Assembly (NCBI GenBank): GCA_016186695.1
Contig: JACPLC010000002.1
Coordinates: forward strand, 31,335 to 95,334
Origin: Candidatus Kaiserbacteria bacterium
GTDB lineage: Bacteria > Patescibacteriota > Minisyncoccia > Phycocordibacterales > UBA2100
DNA: 64,000 bases
Reading direction: 5' to 3'
A program made the position numbers and the translations under genes. Of this stretch, positions 9,254 to 19,382 are shown piece by piece. Below the pieces are notes generated by a model, which was given only the letters and a program-made list of their open reading frames with translations, made no database searches and was not told where the DNA came from. Each line of letters starts with the position of its first letter. Position 1 is the stretch's first letter.

Positions 9254-10270
9254 ATGACGCCTAATACAGAAGTCCTCCGAGGGAAGCGCTTGCTCGTATG
9301 TGGCGGCGCCGGCTTCATGGGCTCGAACTTTATCCTCTATGCGCTTGAGCGCATTCCCGATCTTCGTATCGTCAATCTCGATCTTCTCACGTATGCGGGA
9401 AGTCTCGAGAATCTCGCAGGAGTTGATACGAGCCGGTACTCCTTCGTGAAAGGCGATATCGCTGATGCGGATCTGGCGGCCAAGCTCTTTAAAGACGCCG
9501 ACATGGTCGTTAATTTCGCGGCCGAGACACACGTAGACCGCTCCATCCATACATCTGCAGAGGCATTCGTCCGCACGAACGTGCTCGGCGTTCACTCGCT
9601 CCTTGAAGCACTTCGGCACTCGCCGAATGTCGAACGAATGGTCCACATCTCGACGGATGAAGTATGGGGCGATCTGCCGCTCGATTCAAAAGAGAGATTC
9701 ACCGAAGAGTCGCCATTCCTTCCGAATTCGCCGTACGCCGCTTCGAAGGCAGCGGGCGATCTTCTGATACGCGCGTACGTGGCGACGCACAAGCTGCCGG
9801 TTATCGTGACCCATTCGGTGAATAATTACGGTCCGCGCCAGTTTCCGGAGAAGCTCATCCCGTTCTTTACGGCGCGCGCACTTCGAGACGAGCCTCTACC
9901 TCTCTACGGTGATGGCGAGAACCGCCGCGATTGGCTCCACGTCGACGACCATTCGGAAGCGGTTTTGACGGTGCTCGCGAAAGGCGTTCCCCTCGAGGTG
10001 TATAACATCTCGCAACAAAAAGAATATTCCAACAAAGAGATAGCGCTGCGCATTTTGGAGATTCTCGGGAAGCCCGCATCGCTCATTTCATACGTCGAAG
10101 ATCGTCCTGCGCACGACCGCAAGTATGCCGTGGATTCAACGAAGCTCCGCAGCTTGGGCTGGACGCCGCGATCCTCACTCGAAGAGAAATTTCCCGATGT
10201 TGTGCGCGGGCTCGCGCAAAGCTTGTCTCATGGCGAAGTGCCTGCTACTAATACCCATATCAAATCATGA
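9254..10270 (+). CDS. rfbB: dTDP-glucose 4,6-dehydratase
   Basis: GGAGFMG, DLLTYAG, FAAETHVDRS, STDEV, PYAASK, NNYGPRQFPEKLIP, DRPAHD. Confidence 0.95.
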   Translation: MTPNTEVLRGKRLLVCGGAGFMGSNFILYALERIPDLRIVNLDLLTYAGSLENLAGVDTSRYSFVKGDIADADLAAKLFKDADMVVNFAAETHVDRSIHTSAEAFVRTNVLGVHSLLEALRHSPNVERMVHISTDEVWGDLPLDSKERFTEESPFLPNSPYAASKAAGDLLIRAYVATHKLPVIVTHSVNNYGPRQFPEKLIPFFTARALRDEPLPLYGDGENRRDWLHVDDHSEAVLTVLAKGVPLEVYNISQQKEYSNKEIALRILEILGKPASLISYVEDRPAHDRKYAVDSTKLRSLGWTPRSSLEEKFPDVVRGLAQSLSHGEVPATNTHIKS

Positions 10271-11145
10271 AGGGGATCATTCTCGCCGGAGGAACCGGCA
10301 CACGGCTCTATCCCTTGACACAGGGCACGAGCAAGCAGCTCATCCCGCTCTATAACAAGCCGATGATCTACTACCCGCTCTCGACGCTGATGCTCGCGGG
10401 CGTCCGCGATATTCTCATCATCACCACACCGCACGAGAGGAATAGCTTCGAGCGGCTTTTGGGAGACGGCTCAAAGCTCGGCTGCAAATTTTCCTACGCA
10501 ATGCAGGAAAAGCCCGAGGGATTGGCACAGGCGTTTGTTATCGGCGAGAAATTTATCGGCAGGGACGATGTCGTACTCATTCTTGGCGACAATTTCTTCT
10601 ACAGCTCGGGACTGCGAAAACTCTTCGAAAGGTGCCGGAAACCGAAGGGAGGCATCATATTCGCGCATCACGTCGCGGATACGACCGGCTACGGCGTCGT
10701 GGAGTTTGACAAGAAGGGGAAAGCGATCTCCGTGGAGGAGAAGCCCAAAAAACCAAAATCGAACTACGCAGTACCGGGTCTGTATTTCTTCGATAACGCA
10801 GCTGTCAGCCATGCAAAGCGCGCAAAACAAAGCGCACGAGGCGAGTACGAGATCACCGAGGTGATCCAAGCATACCTGAAGGCAGGCAAACTGAAGGTTA
10901 TCGAGCTCGATCGCGGGACCGTGTGGCTCGATACGGGGACCTTCGCATCGCTCATGGAGGCCGCGGAATTCGTGCGTGTCATCGAAAATCGGCAGGGTTT
11001 TCTCATCGGGAGTATCGAAGAGGTCGCGTATCGCATGCGCTACATCACCAAAGAACAGCTCAAAAATATAGCGACGCCACTTCTTAAGAGCGGATACGGC
11101 TCGTATCTCATGCGTATTGTCGACGAACCGTACGTGCCCCGGTAG
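10267..11145 (+). CDS. rfbA: Glucose-1-phosphate thymidylyltransferase
   Basis: MKGIILAGGTGTRLYPLT, SKQL, QEKPEGLAQAF, LGDN, WLDTGT. Confidence 0.97.
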   Translation: MKGIILAGGTGTRLYPLTQGTSKQLIPLYNKPMIYYPLSTLMLAGVRDILIITTPHERNSFERLLGDGSKLGCKFSYAMQEKPEGLAQAFVIGEKFIGRDDVVLILGDNFFYSSGLRKLFERCRKPKGGIIFAHHVADTTGYGVVEFDKKGKAISVEEKPKKPKSNYAVPGLYFFDNAAVSHAKRAKQSARGEYEITEVIQAYLKAGKLKVIELDRGTVWLDTGTFASLMEAAEFVRVIENRQGFLIGSIEEVAYRMRYITKEQLKNIATPLLKSGYGSYLMRIVDEPYVPR

Positions 11146-11286
11146 TGAAATGTGCCTTAGGCTTACACAAACTATGAAAACGACCAACGAACATATCCAA
11201 AGTGCCACAGGTGGGAATTGGTCGCTCACGCCGCGCCAAGACGGCATGCCGCTTGGCACAAAGGCGCATTCTACTAACCGGGTGCA

Positions 11287-12387
11287 ATGATTAGTATCCT
11301 CTTTGCAGTGCCGAGGATGAGCGTGGGAGGAGCAGAAAAGCTCCTCGTCCATCAGATGCAGGGCATCGATAGGTCGCGGTTTTCGCCAAAGCTCATAACG
11401 CTTTTTACCGAACAAGAGGATTCGCTCGCTGGAGAGGTCGAGATCGCACACTGCTTTGGATTTCAATCGACACTCGACATCATGCGCTTGCCGTCGCTTA
11501 TTGCGTTCCTGAAGCGTGAGCGATTCGATGTTGTGGTGACACACCTCTTCTCCGCGAATCTTCTCGTACGTATTGCGGCAATTCTCGCAGGTGTTCCGGT
11601 CATCATGAGCTACGAGCACAATATCTATCCCGAGAAGCGCCGCTGGCAAATATTCATGGATCGGCTTCTCGCTAGGTGGACGCAGGTCATCATTACGGAT
11701 TCCGAGGCAGCGAGTCGCTTCACTGCTTCGCAGGAACGTATCCCGCTCGAGAAGTTCAGGACCATGTACATTCCTCCGCTTTTGGAAGGGAAACCGAGGG
11801 ATGCACACACCGTGCGCTCCGAGCTCGGCGTGCCCGAAAAAGCACGCGTTGTTCTCACGGTAAGCCGGCTGGTGAGCGATAAGGGTCACACGCATCTCAT
11901 CGACGCGGCAAAAAGCGTTGTTGCGAAATTTCCCGATGTCATCTTTCTCATGGTCGGCTGGGGACCTCTGAAGGAGTCGCTCCTCACGCAAGCGGGCGAG
12001 CTCGGCATAGAACGCAACATTCTTCTGCCGGGGCGCCTCGATATTCAGGATGTGCTGCCTCTTGCGGATGTGTACGTTGATCCTTCGGTATCAACCGACT
12101 TGCCGGTCGCGATAATGGAAGCAATGCGCGAGGGGAAAGCGATCGTTGCAACGGCGGTAGGCGATGTGCCTGTTTTTATTGAGAACGGAAAGACCGGACT
12201 ATGCGTGTCCCCGCGCGATCCGCGCGCGCTTTCCTCTGCAATAGAGAAGTTGCTTTCCGATCGCGCTCTTACATCACGTTTCGGCGAAGCGGCAAAAACA
12301 CGCGTCGCGAAATATTCACTTGCAGAATACATGCATATATTTGAAGAGCTCATTCTTAAGCTCCATGGCACTACTGCGAAAAATTGA
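11287..12387 (+). CDS. Glycosyltransferase family 4
   Basis: VGGAEK, SRLVSDKGH, STDLPVAIMEAMREGKAIVAT. Confidence 0.9.
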   Translation: MISILFAVPRMSVGGAEKLLVHQMQGIDRSRFSPKLITLFTEQEDSLAGEVEIAHCFGFQSTLDIMRLPSLIAFLKRERFDVVVTHLFSANLLVRIAAILAGVPVIMSYEHNIYPEKRRWQIFMDRLLARWTQVIITDSEAASRFTASQERIPLEKFRTMYIPPLLEGKPRDAHTVRSELGVPEKARVVLTVSRLVSDKGHTHLIDAAKSVVAKFPDVIFLMVGWGPLKESLLTQAGELGIERNILLPGRLDIQDVLPLADVYVDPSVSTDLPVAIMEAMREGKAIVATAVGDVPVFIENGKTGLCVSPRDPRALSSAIEKLLSDRALTSRFGEAAKTRVAKYSLAEYMHIFEELILKLHGTTAKN

Positions 12388-14026
12388 ACAATTGATTCGC
12401 GCGGAGCCCGTACTTTTCGCACTTCTTGCGCTTGCGTTTCTCCTTCGGGTCGCCGGTGTCGGCTACGGTCTGCCGCTCACGGTCGTGAACGACGAGTATC
12501 CCTTTACCTACGCCGCACTGCAGATGCTCGATGCACGCACACTCATTCCAGCCCTGAATCCGGAAGCGTTCGCCAACATTCTGCCCTACCCGCCGTACCT
12601 TTCGTATGTGCTCGTGCTTCCATTTGCCGGCATTATCGGCGTGAAAATGCTCCTATGGAACGGAGCATCTGATCTTTTTACCGCATACCTTCTCTCCGAT
12701 CTGTCTGCGTTCTTCGTCACGGCGCGACTCATTCATGTGGTGCTCGGCACTGTTTCCGTCTACCTCGTCTATCGCATCGCCGAAGCACTATTTCGCTCGA
12801 AGGTAGCGGCGACCGCAGCTGGATTTCTCATTGCGACGAGTATTTTGCATCAGGCCCTCTCCATGGTCGGCCGCAACTGGCTTCCCATCTCATTTGTTTT
12901 CCTACTTGTGCTATTTATTCTCACACGTGACATCCGGAAAGAGCGACGCTACCTGTACGCATTCGTCGCGGCAGGCGTCGGCATGGGGATCTCGTCAATC
13001 TCACTCCTCGCGCTTCCGATGATAGGTTTGTATTACCTTTACTTTGACGTAAAGAACTCCAAGCAGATCATTCATGACGTGCCGCCAATGTTCTTGGGTG
13101 TCTTCGCGTTCGTAATTCTCGCGCTTATTCCTGGATTCCTCTGGCAAGGGGGGAATGCATTTCTCGGTGCGACGACGCTGTTCGAAGGAAAGTCACTCGT
13201 CGGCCTCATCGCCGCTCCATGGTCTGCGCTTTCGCTCACGCTCTTCTCGGAGCCGGTCTTCACGGTGTTTTTCTTGATCGGCGCGGCATTTCTCGTCGCG
13301 CGCGAGCGACAGGTATTCTTTTTTGTCCTCGGCTTCTTTTTTTTGTATGTCGCAGTCTTTTACACGTTCTTCAGATTCGATGCTCGCTTTCTTCTCCCGC
13401 TTCTTCCGCTCTATGCACTTCTCGGTGGCTATATCATCTCGAGACTGTGGAATCGCAGTACGGCATTGCTTATGTGTATTGTTCTTTTAGTTCCGCTCGC
13501 TGCATCAGCTCGACTCGCATATCTTTCGTTTCAGGGCGACACCCGTGAGCATGCGAGAGAGTGGGTACTCGAGAACCTCGGCCCGAACGATCGCGTACTT
13601 GTATACTCTTCCTCTCTGCATATCCCGACGCAGGCGAAAGCTGTTGAGGAACTGCGCTCAATTGATCCGAGCGCGCTGCGCAAGATTGACGAGGCCGACG
13701 AGCGTTTGAACCGAGGAGACGTTCCCCATGCGCTTAACAATCTCACGTCTCTCATCGAAACGCCGTTCATGCAAAATCTTCCAGCCTATGCGCAGGAGAA
13801 AAAGTATACACACATCGTTCTCGAGCCGCGCTCTCTAGAGGGCACAGCAGAGACGGCGGATGTTATTGCGACGCTCAGACAAGATGCCGTCGTTGCAGCG
13901 CACTTCTCCGGCATAGGAGCGAAAACTTCTGTATGGGAAAGTGCCTTTCTCGAGCCGCTGCCTGCGCTCTTTGCAGACAAGCGACTGGGACCCGAGATCG
14001 TGATATATCGACTCGCGGATCAGTAG
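12365..14026 (+). CDS. Multi-pass membrane glycosyltransferase, GT-C fold (ArnT/PMT family)
   Basis: LLRVAGVGYGLP...NDE motif after TM1, YPP, AR..VVLG...VYL, RFLLP, many TM segments, C-terminal soluble domain. Confidence 0.78.
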   Translation: MALLRKIEQLIRAEPVLFALLALAFLLRVAGVGYGLPLTVVNDEYPFTYAALQMLDARTLIPALNPEAFANILPYPPYLSYVLVLPFAGIIGVKMLLWNGASDLFTAYLLSDLSAFFVTARLIHVVLGTVSVYLVYRIAEALFRSKVAATAAGFLIATSILHQALSMVGRNWLPISFVFLLVLFILTRDIRKERRYLYAFVAAGVGMGISSISLLALPMIGLYYLYFDVKNSKQIIHDVPPMFLGVFAFVILALIPGFLWQGGNAFLGATTLFEGKSLVGLIAAPWSALSLTLFSEPVFTVFFLIGAAFLVARERQVFFFVLGFFFLYVAVFYTFFRFDARFLLPLLPLYALLGGYIISRLWNRSTALLMCIVLLVPLAASARLAYLSFQGDTREHAREWVLENLGPNDRVLVYSSSLHIPTQAKAVEELRSIDPSALRKIDEADERLNRGDVPHALNNLTSLIETPFMQNLPAYAQEKKYTHIVLEPRSLEGTAETADVIATLRQDAVVAAHFSGIGAKTSVWESAFLEPLPALFADKRLGPEIVIYRLADQ

Positions 14027-15450
14027 GAGAGAACATCCGCGCCATTTCTGCGAAAACGGTTCCACAGCTGGGCGGTAGCTAGGTATATACCGTATATACC
14101 GAGCAAAAGAAGGAATGGCTCAAGCGGCATACGGTAGCGGGTATCATCGCTCGAAGGTCCTGTCATGAAGGCGATCGCGTGAATAAACAGGAAGGCGACT
14201 ACGATCCACACGCTTGTGGAGTCGCGGTATCGAAGAGCACGGTAGGTCGTGTAGAGCATGCCGAGATAGAGTAAGAGCCACAATAGTCGCTCAATGAGAC
14301 GCGGTACGTTCGTAAATGTTTGCACGAAGGCGTCACCCAAGCGCCCCTGCAGTATCATGCCCCACGCTCCTTCTCCGTGTGGACGCTCGCCGGGCAAGAT
14401 CCCAAGTCTGTACAGATGGTATTTTGTGTTGACGATGCTTGAGCCGATGAAAAGCTGCATCGATTTTGCCGTATGGAACGCGGCGTATTGGAACGGATGC
14501 GCGAGGATAACCTCGCGCGCGATCGCCAACTGCTCTCCGGCGTACTTGAATGAACGCAGAATATCTTCTTCCTGCGTACCAAAGTATTTCTCGTTGTATT
14601 CGCGCCGTATTTGTTCGTAGGAAACGCCGGTGCGGGCTTGCTCGAAGGTCGGCATGTTTGCGAAGTACAGGTTGAAAGCGCTGCTCGGGGAGAATGCGAA
14701 GTGTCCAGAAAGCGAGTAGTTGCGCATCATCCACGGAACGATGGTTGCCGCCGTAACGACGAGAAAAATGAGCGCGCCGCGCGCCGCGGTTTTCCACGAC
14801 ACAGCATTTGCAAATGCCAGTAGTGCCAGAAGTGGTGCGAGATAGAGTCCGACGGGCCGCATGTACACCGAAATGCCGAATAGAAGGCCGGCGAGCACAT
14901 ACGGCACCCACGCACGTCGAGCAGGCGTGCCTACGCAATAGATGCTTCCCAGGAGCGAGAGTATGAAGAGTGGTTCGGAAATGGGAACCCACGTGGAATA
15001 TATAATGACCGGATCGATGGTGTAGATTACGGCAGCTGCGATCGCGATGGGGCGGGGAAAGTAACGCACGCCGATGAGATATATGAGTGCGACAGTGCCT
15101 GCGGTGAAGATAATTTGGACAAAGGGAACAACGGTCAGCGTTCCAAAAAAAGCGAGCATGAGTGCGAGAAATGCGGGGTAGCCGGGCACGCGCAGATATT
15201 CCGGCCCGAAAGCGGAAGAGATCTCAAAACGTCCGACCGTGAGCATGTTCTCTGCAAGATGCACATATTCGGTCACGTCGGACGTTTCGGGTCCGCCGAG
15301 CGCGATCATTGTTTCGAAACTCGTGCCATTTGCGGAGCCGAGCAGGAAAAAGACCCCGAATACGATGAGATACAGAATTACGCAGAAACTCGCGAGCAGT
15401 TTCCCAACCTGCATGTCCGTGTATGCGCCGAGCGACGCGAGGCTTGCCAT
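14020..15450 (-). CDS. Multi-pass membrane glycosyltransferase, GT-C fold (ArnT/GT39-like)
   Basis: DVTEYVHLAEN, RVPGYPAFLA, SEPLF, RP, PWMMRNY, RYRMPLEP. Confidence 0.8.
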   Translation of the reverse strand: MASLASLGAYTDMQVGKLLASFCVILYLIVFGVFFLLGSANGTSFETMIALGGPETSDVTEYVHLAENMLTVGRFEISSAFGPEYLRVPGYPAFLALMLAFFGTLTVVPFVQIIFTAGTVALIYLIGVRYFPRPIAIAAAVIYTIDPVIIYSTWVPISEPLFILSLLGSIYCVGTPARRAWVPYVLAGLLFGISVYMRPVGLYLAPLLALLAFANAVSWKTAARGALIFLVVTAATIVPWMMRNYSLSGHFAFSPSSAFNLYFANMPTFEQARTGVSYEQIRREYNEKYFGTQEEDILRSFKYAGEQLAIAREVILAHPFQYAAFHTAKSMQLFIGSSIVNTKYHLYRLGILPGERPHGEGAWGMILQGRLGDAFVQTFTNVPRLIERLLWLLLYLGMLYTTYRALRYRDSTSVWIVVAFLFIHAIAFMTGPSSDDTRYRMPLEPFLLLLGIYGIYLATAQLWNRFRRNGADVLSY

Positions 15451-15525
15451 ACGTACGGGGCATTGTAGCAGTCTCTTTGTTTTGCGTCATTTGCTCGGTC
15501 ACAGGTTCGCCTCTATAGTAGTGCG

Positions 15526-16671
15526 ATGCGAAAGGATTTTCTCGTATTCGGTTCTCCACTGATCGGACACGAAGAAATAGACGAAGTTGTCGCGACGCTC
15601 AAAAGTGGCTGGATCGGCACAGGCCCAAAGACCCATCACTTTGAAGAAGAGTTCAAAAAGTATGTAGGAGCGCAGTATGCGGTAGCAGTGAATTCGTGCA
15701 CGGCCGCGCTGCACCTTTCGCTCATCGCTCTCGGCGTCGGGCCGGGCGATGAAGTGATAGTGCCGAGCATTACCTTTGCCTCAAGCGCGAATGTCGTTGT
15801 GCACGCGGGAGCGCGTCCTGTGTTTGCTGATTGTGATCGGATGACTCAAAATGTCGATCCGGAAGATATACGACGAAAGATCACGAAACGCACGAAAGCG
15901 ATTATCGTCGTGCACATGGCAGGGCGACCATGCCAGATGGATGAGATCTTAAGCATAGCGAAAGAGCACGATCTCAAAGTCGTCGAGGATGCAGCGCATG
16001 CCGTGGAGACCGAATATAAGACGAGGAAGGTCGGGACAATTGGCGATCTCGGGTGCTACAGTTTTTACACGACGAAGAATCTCGTGACAGCCGAGGGTGG
16101 CATGGTCGTGACGAACGATAAGGCCTATGCAGATCGAATTCGCGTGCTTTCGCTTCACGGCATGAGTGCAGATGCATGGAAGCGCTATGGGAGTGAGGGA
16201 TACAAACACTACGACGTCGTTGAGGCCGGATACAAGTACAACATGACCGATATACAGGCGTCTCTCGGGCTTCATCAGCTTGCGCGCATCAAAAAAAATT
16301 GGTTGCGACGCGCAGAAATATGGAAGATGTACGACAAAGCACTGCAAGGTTTGCCTCTTATTCTCCCAGCTTCGGTGGAGAAAGGAGACCGACACGCACA
16401 CCACCTCTACACGATCCTCATCGACACGGACAAGACGAAGATAACCCGCGATGAGTTTCTGAATGGCATGACAAAAAGGAATATCGGCACCGGCGTGCAT
16501 TTCCGCCCGTTGCACCTGCAGCCGTACTATCGTAAGACGCTGGGGGGCAAGGTGGGTGATCTCCCGAATGCTGAATGGATAGGCGAACGGACAGCTTCGA
16601 TTCCGCTATCCGCAAAGCTCACGGACGATGATGTGCGCGACGTTATAGAAGCAATCAAGGATGTGTTCTAG
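15526..16671 (+). CDS. DegT/DnrJ/EryC1/StrS sugar aminotransferase
   Basis: SGWIGTGPK, NSCTAALHL, EDAAHA, SFYTTKN (PLP lysine), GYKYNMTD. Confidence 0.95.
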   Translation: MRKDFLVFGSPLIGHEEIDEVVATLKSGWIGTGPKTHHFEEEFKKYVGAQYAVAVNSCTAALHLSLIALGVGPGDEVIVPSITFASSANVVVHAGARPVFADCDRMTQNVDPEDIRRKITKRTKAIIVVHMAGRPCQMDEILSIAKEHDLKVVEDAAHAVETEYKTRKVGTIGDLGCYSFYTTKNLVTAEGGMVVTNDKAYADRIRVLSLHGMSADAWKRYGSEGYKHYDVVEAGYKYNMTDIQASLGLHQLARIKKNWLRRAEIWKMYDKALQGLPLILPASVEKGDRHAHHLYTILIDTDKTKITRDEFLNGMTKRNIGTGVHFRPLHLQPYYRKTLGGKVGDLPNAEWIGERTASIPLSAKLTDDDVRDVIEAIKDVF

Positions 16672-17876
16672 TCGAACAGCTTTGCAGTTTCGAATGGAAT
16701 GAACTGCAGGACCGGCTTTTCGTTATAGCGGAGGTGCGTTCCGAGTCCTAAAATGTGCTTATAGACAGCGACCGTTGAGCGTGTGGACATCTCGATGGTG
16801 AAGAAGCGGCTTCTCTTATATGCGCGCTCGATAAGAGTCTTTCTCACCTCCGGCTTTTTCACGAGAGAGAAGGCATCTGCAAGTGCCTCCGGATCGTGCG
16901 CATCAACAACGATAGCTGCGTCGCCGGCTGCCTCGGGAGAAGCTGTCATGTTTGAGACGATGATGGGTACCTTGCATGCTCCTCCTTCGATGATAGGCAT
17001 GCCGAAGCCCTCGCTCAAGGTGACGAAGGATATGACCATCGCGCCTGCATAGATGGAAGGCACGTCTTCAGTTTCAATGTAGCCGATGAATTTTATGTCG
17101 GACATATATGGCGAGGAGGGAAGCTCGCCGAAGGAGCGGACGTATTCGTCTTTTGTGCTTCCTGCAAGCGCGAGTATCTCTTTTGCATTCGGATTTTTCT
17201 CGCGATAGCGGATGTAAGAGCGCACGAGGTGGCCGACGTGTTTATGGAGGCGGAAACGTCCGAGGAAGAGAACGTATTTCCCTTTTTCGAGCCCGTACTT
17301 TTTCACTGTCGTGGCAATGTGCTCGTCGCTCGGAAGCGGGTCGTACATTTGGTCGACGGCGGGCAAGACCGTGAATACTTTCTCCGGCGAGACGCGGTAT
17401 GCATAGACGACCTCACGATTCCCGTAGTTGGAGACGGCGAGAAAGGCATCGACACGGCGACTGAACCATATCAGGGTGTAGTTGAAGACGAGGCGCGGCA
17501 GCGAAAAGAAGTCGGTGGGTGAGAGCACGTCGCCTCCGGCATGCGCCATGATGACTTTCTTCTTGGCGGGGAAGAGCCAGAAGAAGGGGAAGACGCGCGG
17601 ATGGAGCCAGTGTACGATGTCGAATTGTTCTTTCGTCGTGAGGCAAAAACGAATGAACGAAACGAACCGCGACGCGAATGGCAATTCGATGCGCGGCAGG
17701 ATTATCTCACGTGTTTGCCTGTAGAGCGGCTGGTCGGGGTTTGGTTTCGCGTGAATGAGTGTGAGGTCAATCTCGGGTTCCTTTAGAAGTTGCTCGATGA
17801 GCCGCCGATAGTACGGGCAGCGCTCTTTGCCAACGTCGAGCTCATCGGTGAACATCGCCACTTTGATTTTTTGCAT
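16668..17876 (-). CDS. Glycosyltransferase family 4
   Basis: GRFRLHKH, SEGFGMPIIEGGACKVP; start MQKIKV has TGCTACACT 6 nt upstream. Confidence 0.88.
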   Translation of the reverse strand: MQKIKVAMFTDELDVGKERCPYYRRLIEQLLKEPEIDLTLIHAKPNPDQPLYRQTREIILPRIELPFASRFVSFIRFCLTTKEQFDIVHWLHPRVFPFFWLFPAKKKVIMAHAGGDVLSPTDFFSLPRLVFNYTLIWFSRRVDAFLAVSNYGNREVVYAYRVSPEKVFTVLPAVDQMYDPLPSDEHIATTVKKYGLEKGKYVLFLGRFRLHKHVGHLVRSYIRYREKNPNAKEILALAGSTKDEYVRSFGELPSSPYMSDIKFIGYIETEDVPSIYAGAMVISFVTLSEGFGMPIIEGGACKVPIIVSNMTASPEAAGDAAIVVDAHDPEALADAFSLVKKPEVRKTLIERAYKRSRFFTIEMSTRSTVAVYKHILGLGTHLRYNEKPVLQFIPFETAKLFD

Positions 17877-17892
17877 GACGCGAGTGTAGCAT

Positions 17893-17926
17893 AAAAAGAT
17901 TCGGGCCTCTCGCGTGCGAGAGGCCC
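17893..17926 (-). terminator. Intrinsic terminator after the EEP-family gene
   Basis: Perfect 10-bp stem GGGCCTCTCG/CGAGAGGCCC followed on the minus strand by gaatcttttt. Confidence 0.7.
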
Positions 17927-17959
17927 AGTCAAGAATCTGCGGTCGATGTGCCGACTGCT

Positions 17960-18754
17960 CTACACGTCGACATATGCCGCAAGGGCTGCGTGTTCGGCGA
18001 TGCCGAAGACAAGCTCCACGTTGAAGACCTTGCATCCTCGCGCAAGGATGTGGCTCGTGACGCGGTCTCGGCCGTCCGTTACGCCGCGGTTCTTCCAGTC
18101 GATTGTGTTGGTGAGTGAGCGAGGAATGCAGTCTTGAAGCCCTCCCGTATTCGTGAACATCCGATAGGTATAGTCGTCACGATCAAACAGCGATGTTCCG
18201 GCCATAACGAGTGGACCGGGCAGTGACATAACGATGTCGAGTAGCCCACACATGGCACGATCGAGCTCTTCGTTGATTTCTCCTTCTCCTCGCCACGGCC
18301 CATGGGTCGTGACAACCGTGACCGGTTTTCCGTCGACGCTCAACTTAAGGGAACATGCGATTTTGCTCTCGCATGTTGCGAGTAATGCGGCATCTTTCGC
18401 ACTCGCATTCCCATTTGGCGCAAGCGTCACCGCTTGCCGCAGGAGCTTCGGAACAGGCTCCATGTTAAGGAGATACGCTTCCGACGACTTGCCAACGACG
18501 GGTAAGGTCGTGAAAACACCGATTCCGACTTTTGTGTTCTCGCTCTGACCGGTTGCGTCGAAGTGCACTGTGGTGTCAGCGAAATTGCAATGAGGCCATC
18601 GATCTCGGAAGTTTTCGCGCTCGACAACCCTTCGATATACGTCCTGAACAAGCAGAACATCTAAGCTCTTGTCGAGTGCAAAATTCATTACCTCTTCAGA
18701 GCCTGGGTTGTAGCCGCGGTGAAAGTTTACACTTCCAAAACGGAACATTGCCAT
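17960..18754 (-). CDS. Endonuclease/exonuclease/phosphatase (EEP)-fold protein with degenerate active site
   Basis: SVN, LLVQD, VVTTHG, LVMAGT (for GDFN), TSHIL, AEH (for SDH) in EEP order; strong GGAGG SD. Confidence 0.65.
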   Translation of the reverse strand: MAMFRFGSVNFHRGYNPGSEEVMNFALDKSLDVLLVQDVYRRVVERENFRDRWPHCNFADTTVHFDATGQSENTKVGIGVFTTLPVVGKSSEAYLLNMEPVPKLLRQAVTLAPNGNASAKDAALLATCESKIACSLKLSVDGKPVTVVTTHGPWRGEGEINEELDRAMCGLLDIVMSLPGPLVMAGTSLFDRDDYTYRMFTNTGGLQDCIPRSLTNTIDWKNRGVTDGRDRVTSHILARGCKVFNVELVFGIAEHAALAAYVDV

Positions 18755-18836
18755 AACGCCCTCCTTCCATTAGGTTTCAAACAGCTCATAGGCCACCACG
18801 GCCTACTCGCTCGAGATAGTGCGACGGATTGCTGTT

Positions 18837-19382
18837 CTAGTCAATTTTTGACTCGAGTTCTTTGAGATATTTTTCTGCGAATGCGCGGTGAGGATGATTT
18901 TGGATCATATCTTTTGAGCCGAGGGCGAGCATTTCTTCGCAGGTGAAGAACCGTTTGCCCTCGCTCTCGGCGATTACTCCTCTCGGTTCACATGCGACGA
19001 AGACGGACAGTCCGCCGATACCGGATTCTTCGACCATCCATTTGTGGATATCGAGCGCTCCTTTGTACTCAACGTCGACTCCAAGCTCTCCTCGCGCCAC
19101 TCGCGAGCACGTTTCCTGTATGCTCTCCGACACTTTTCCGAATCCGCCCGGAATATGAAAAAGGCCTTTGTGCGCAGGAATTGTTTCGCCCTCGTAACGG
19201 GTAAGGAGAATGTGAGGTACCTTTTGCTTTTTATCAACGATAACGAGCTCGAATGCGGGCAAGGTGAGCGTGCGGTGGAGCTCCTGCCATGCCAGCAGCG
19301 GTACCCAGTAATCGTTCTCTTGAATCTTCTTGAGGAGTCGTTTCAGCTCTTCGCTCTCTGCTTCCGTAAACGTGTCAGTCAT
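18837..19382 (-). CDS. NUDIX hydrolase, GDP-mannose mannosyl hydrolase-like
   Basis: HIPGGFGKVSESIQETCSRVARGELG is a modified Nudix box. Confidence 0.72.
   Translation of the reverse strand: MTDTFTEAESEELKRLLKKIQENDYWVPLLAWQELHRTLTLPAFELVIVDKKQKVPHILLTRYEGETIPAHKGLFHIPGGFGKVSESIQETCSRVARGELGVDVEYKGALDIHKWMVEESGIGGLSVFVACEPRGVIAESEGKRFFTCEEMLALGSKDMIQNHPHRAFAEKYLKELESKID

Noticed and set aside
10471-11991. 506-aa minus-strand ORF
   Set aside because: Antisense shadow of rfbA and a GT4; no recognisable motifs
13337-13344. T8 homopolymer as a phase-variation tract (also T7 near 673)
   Set aside because: In frame, encodes Phe-rich segments, and too short to support without read data
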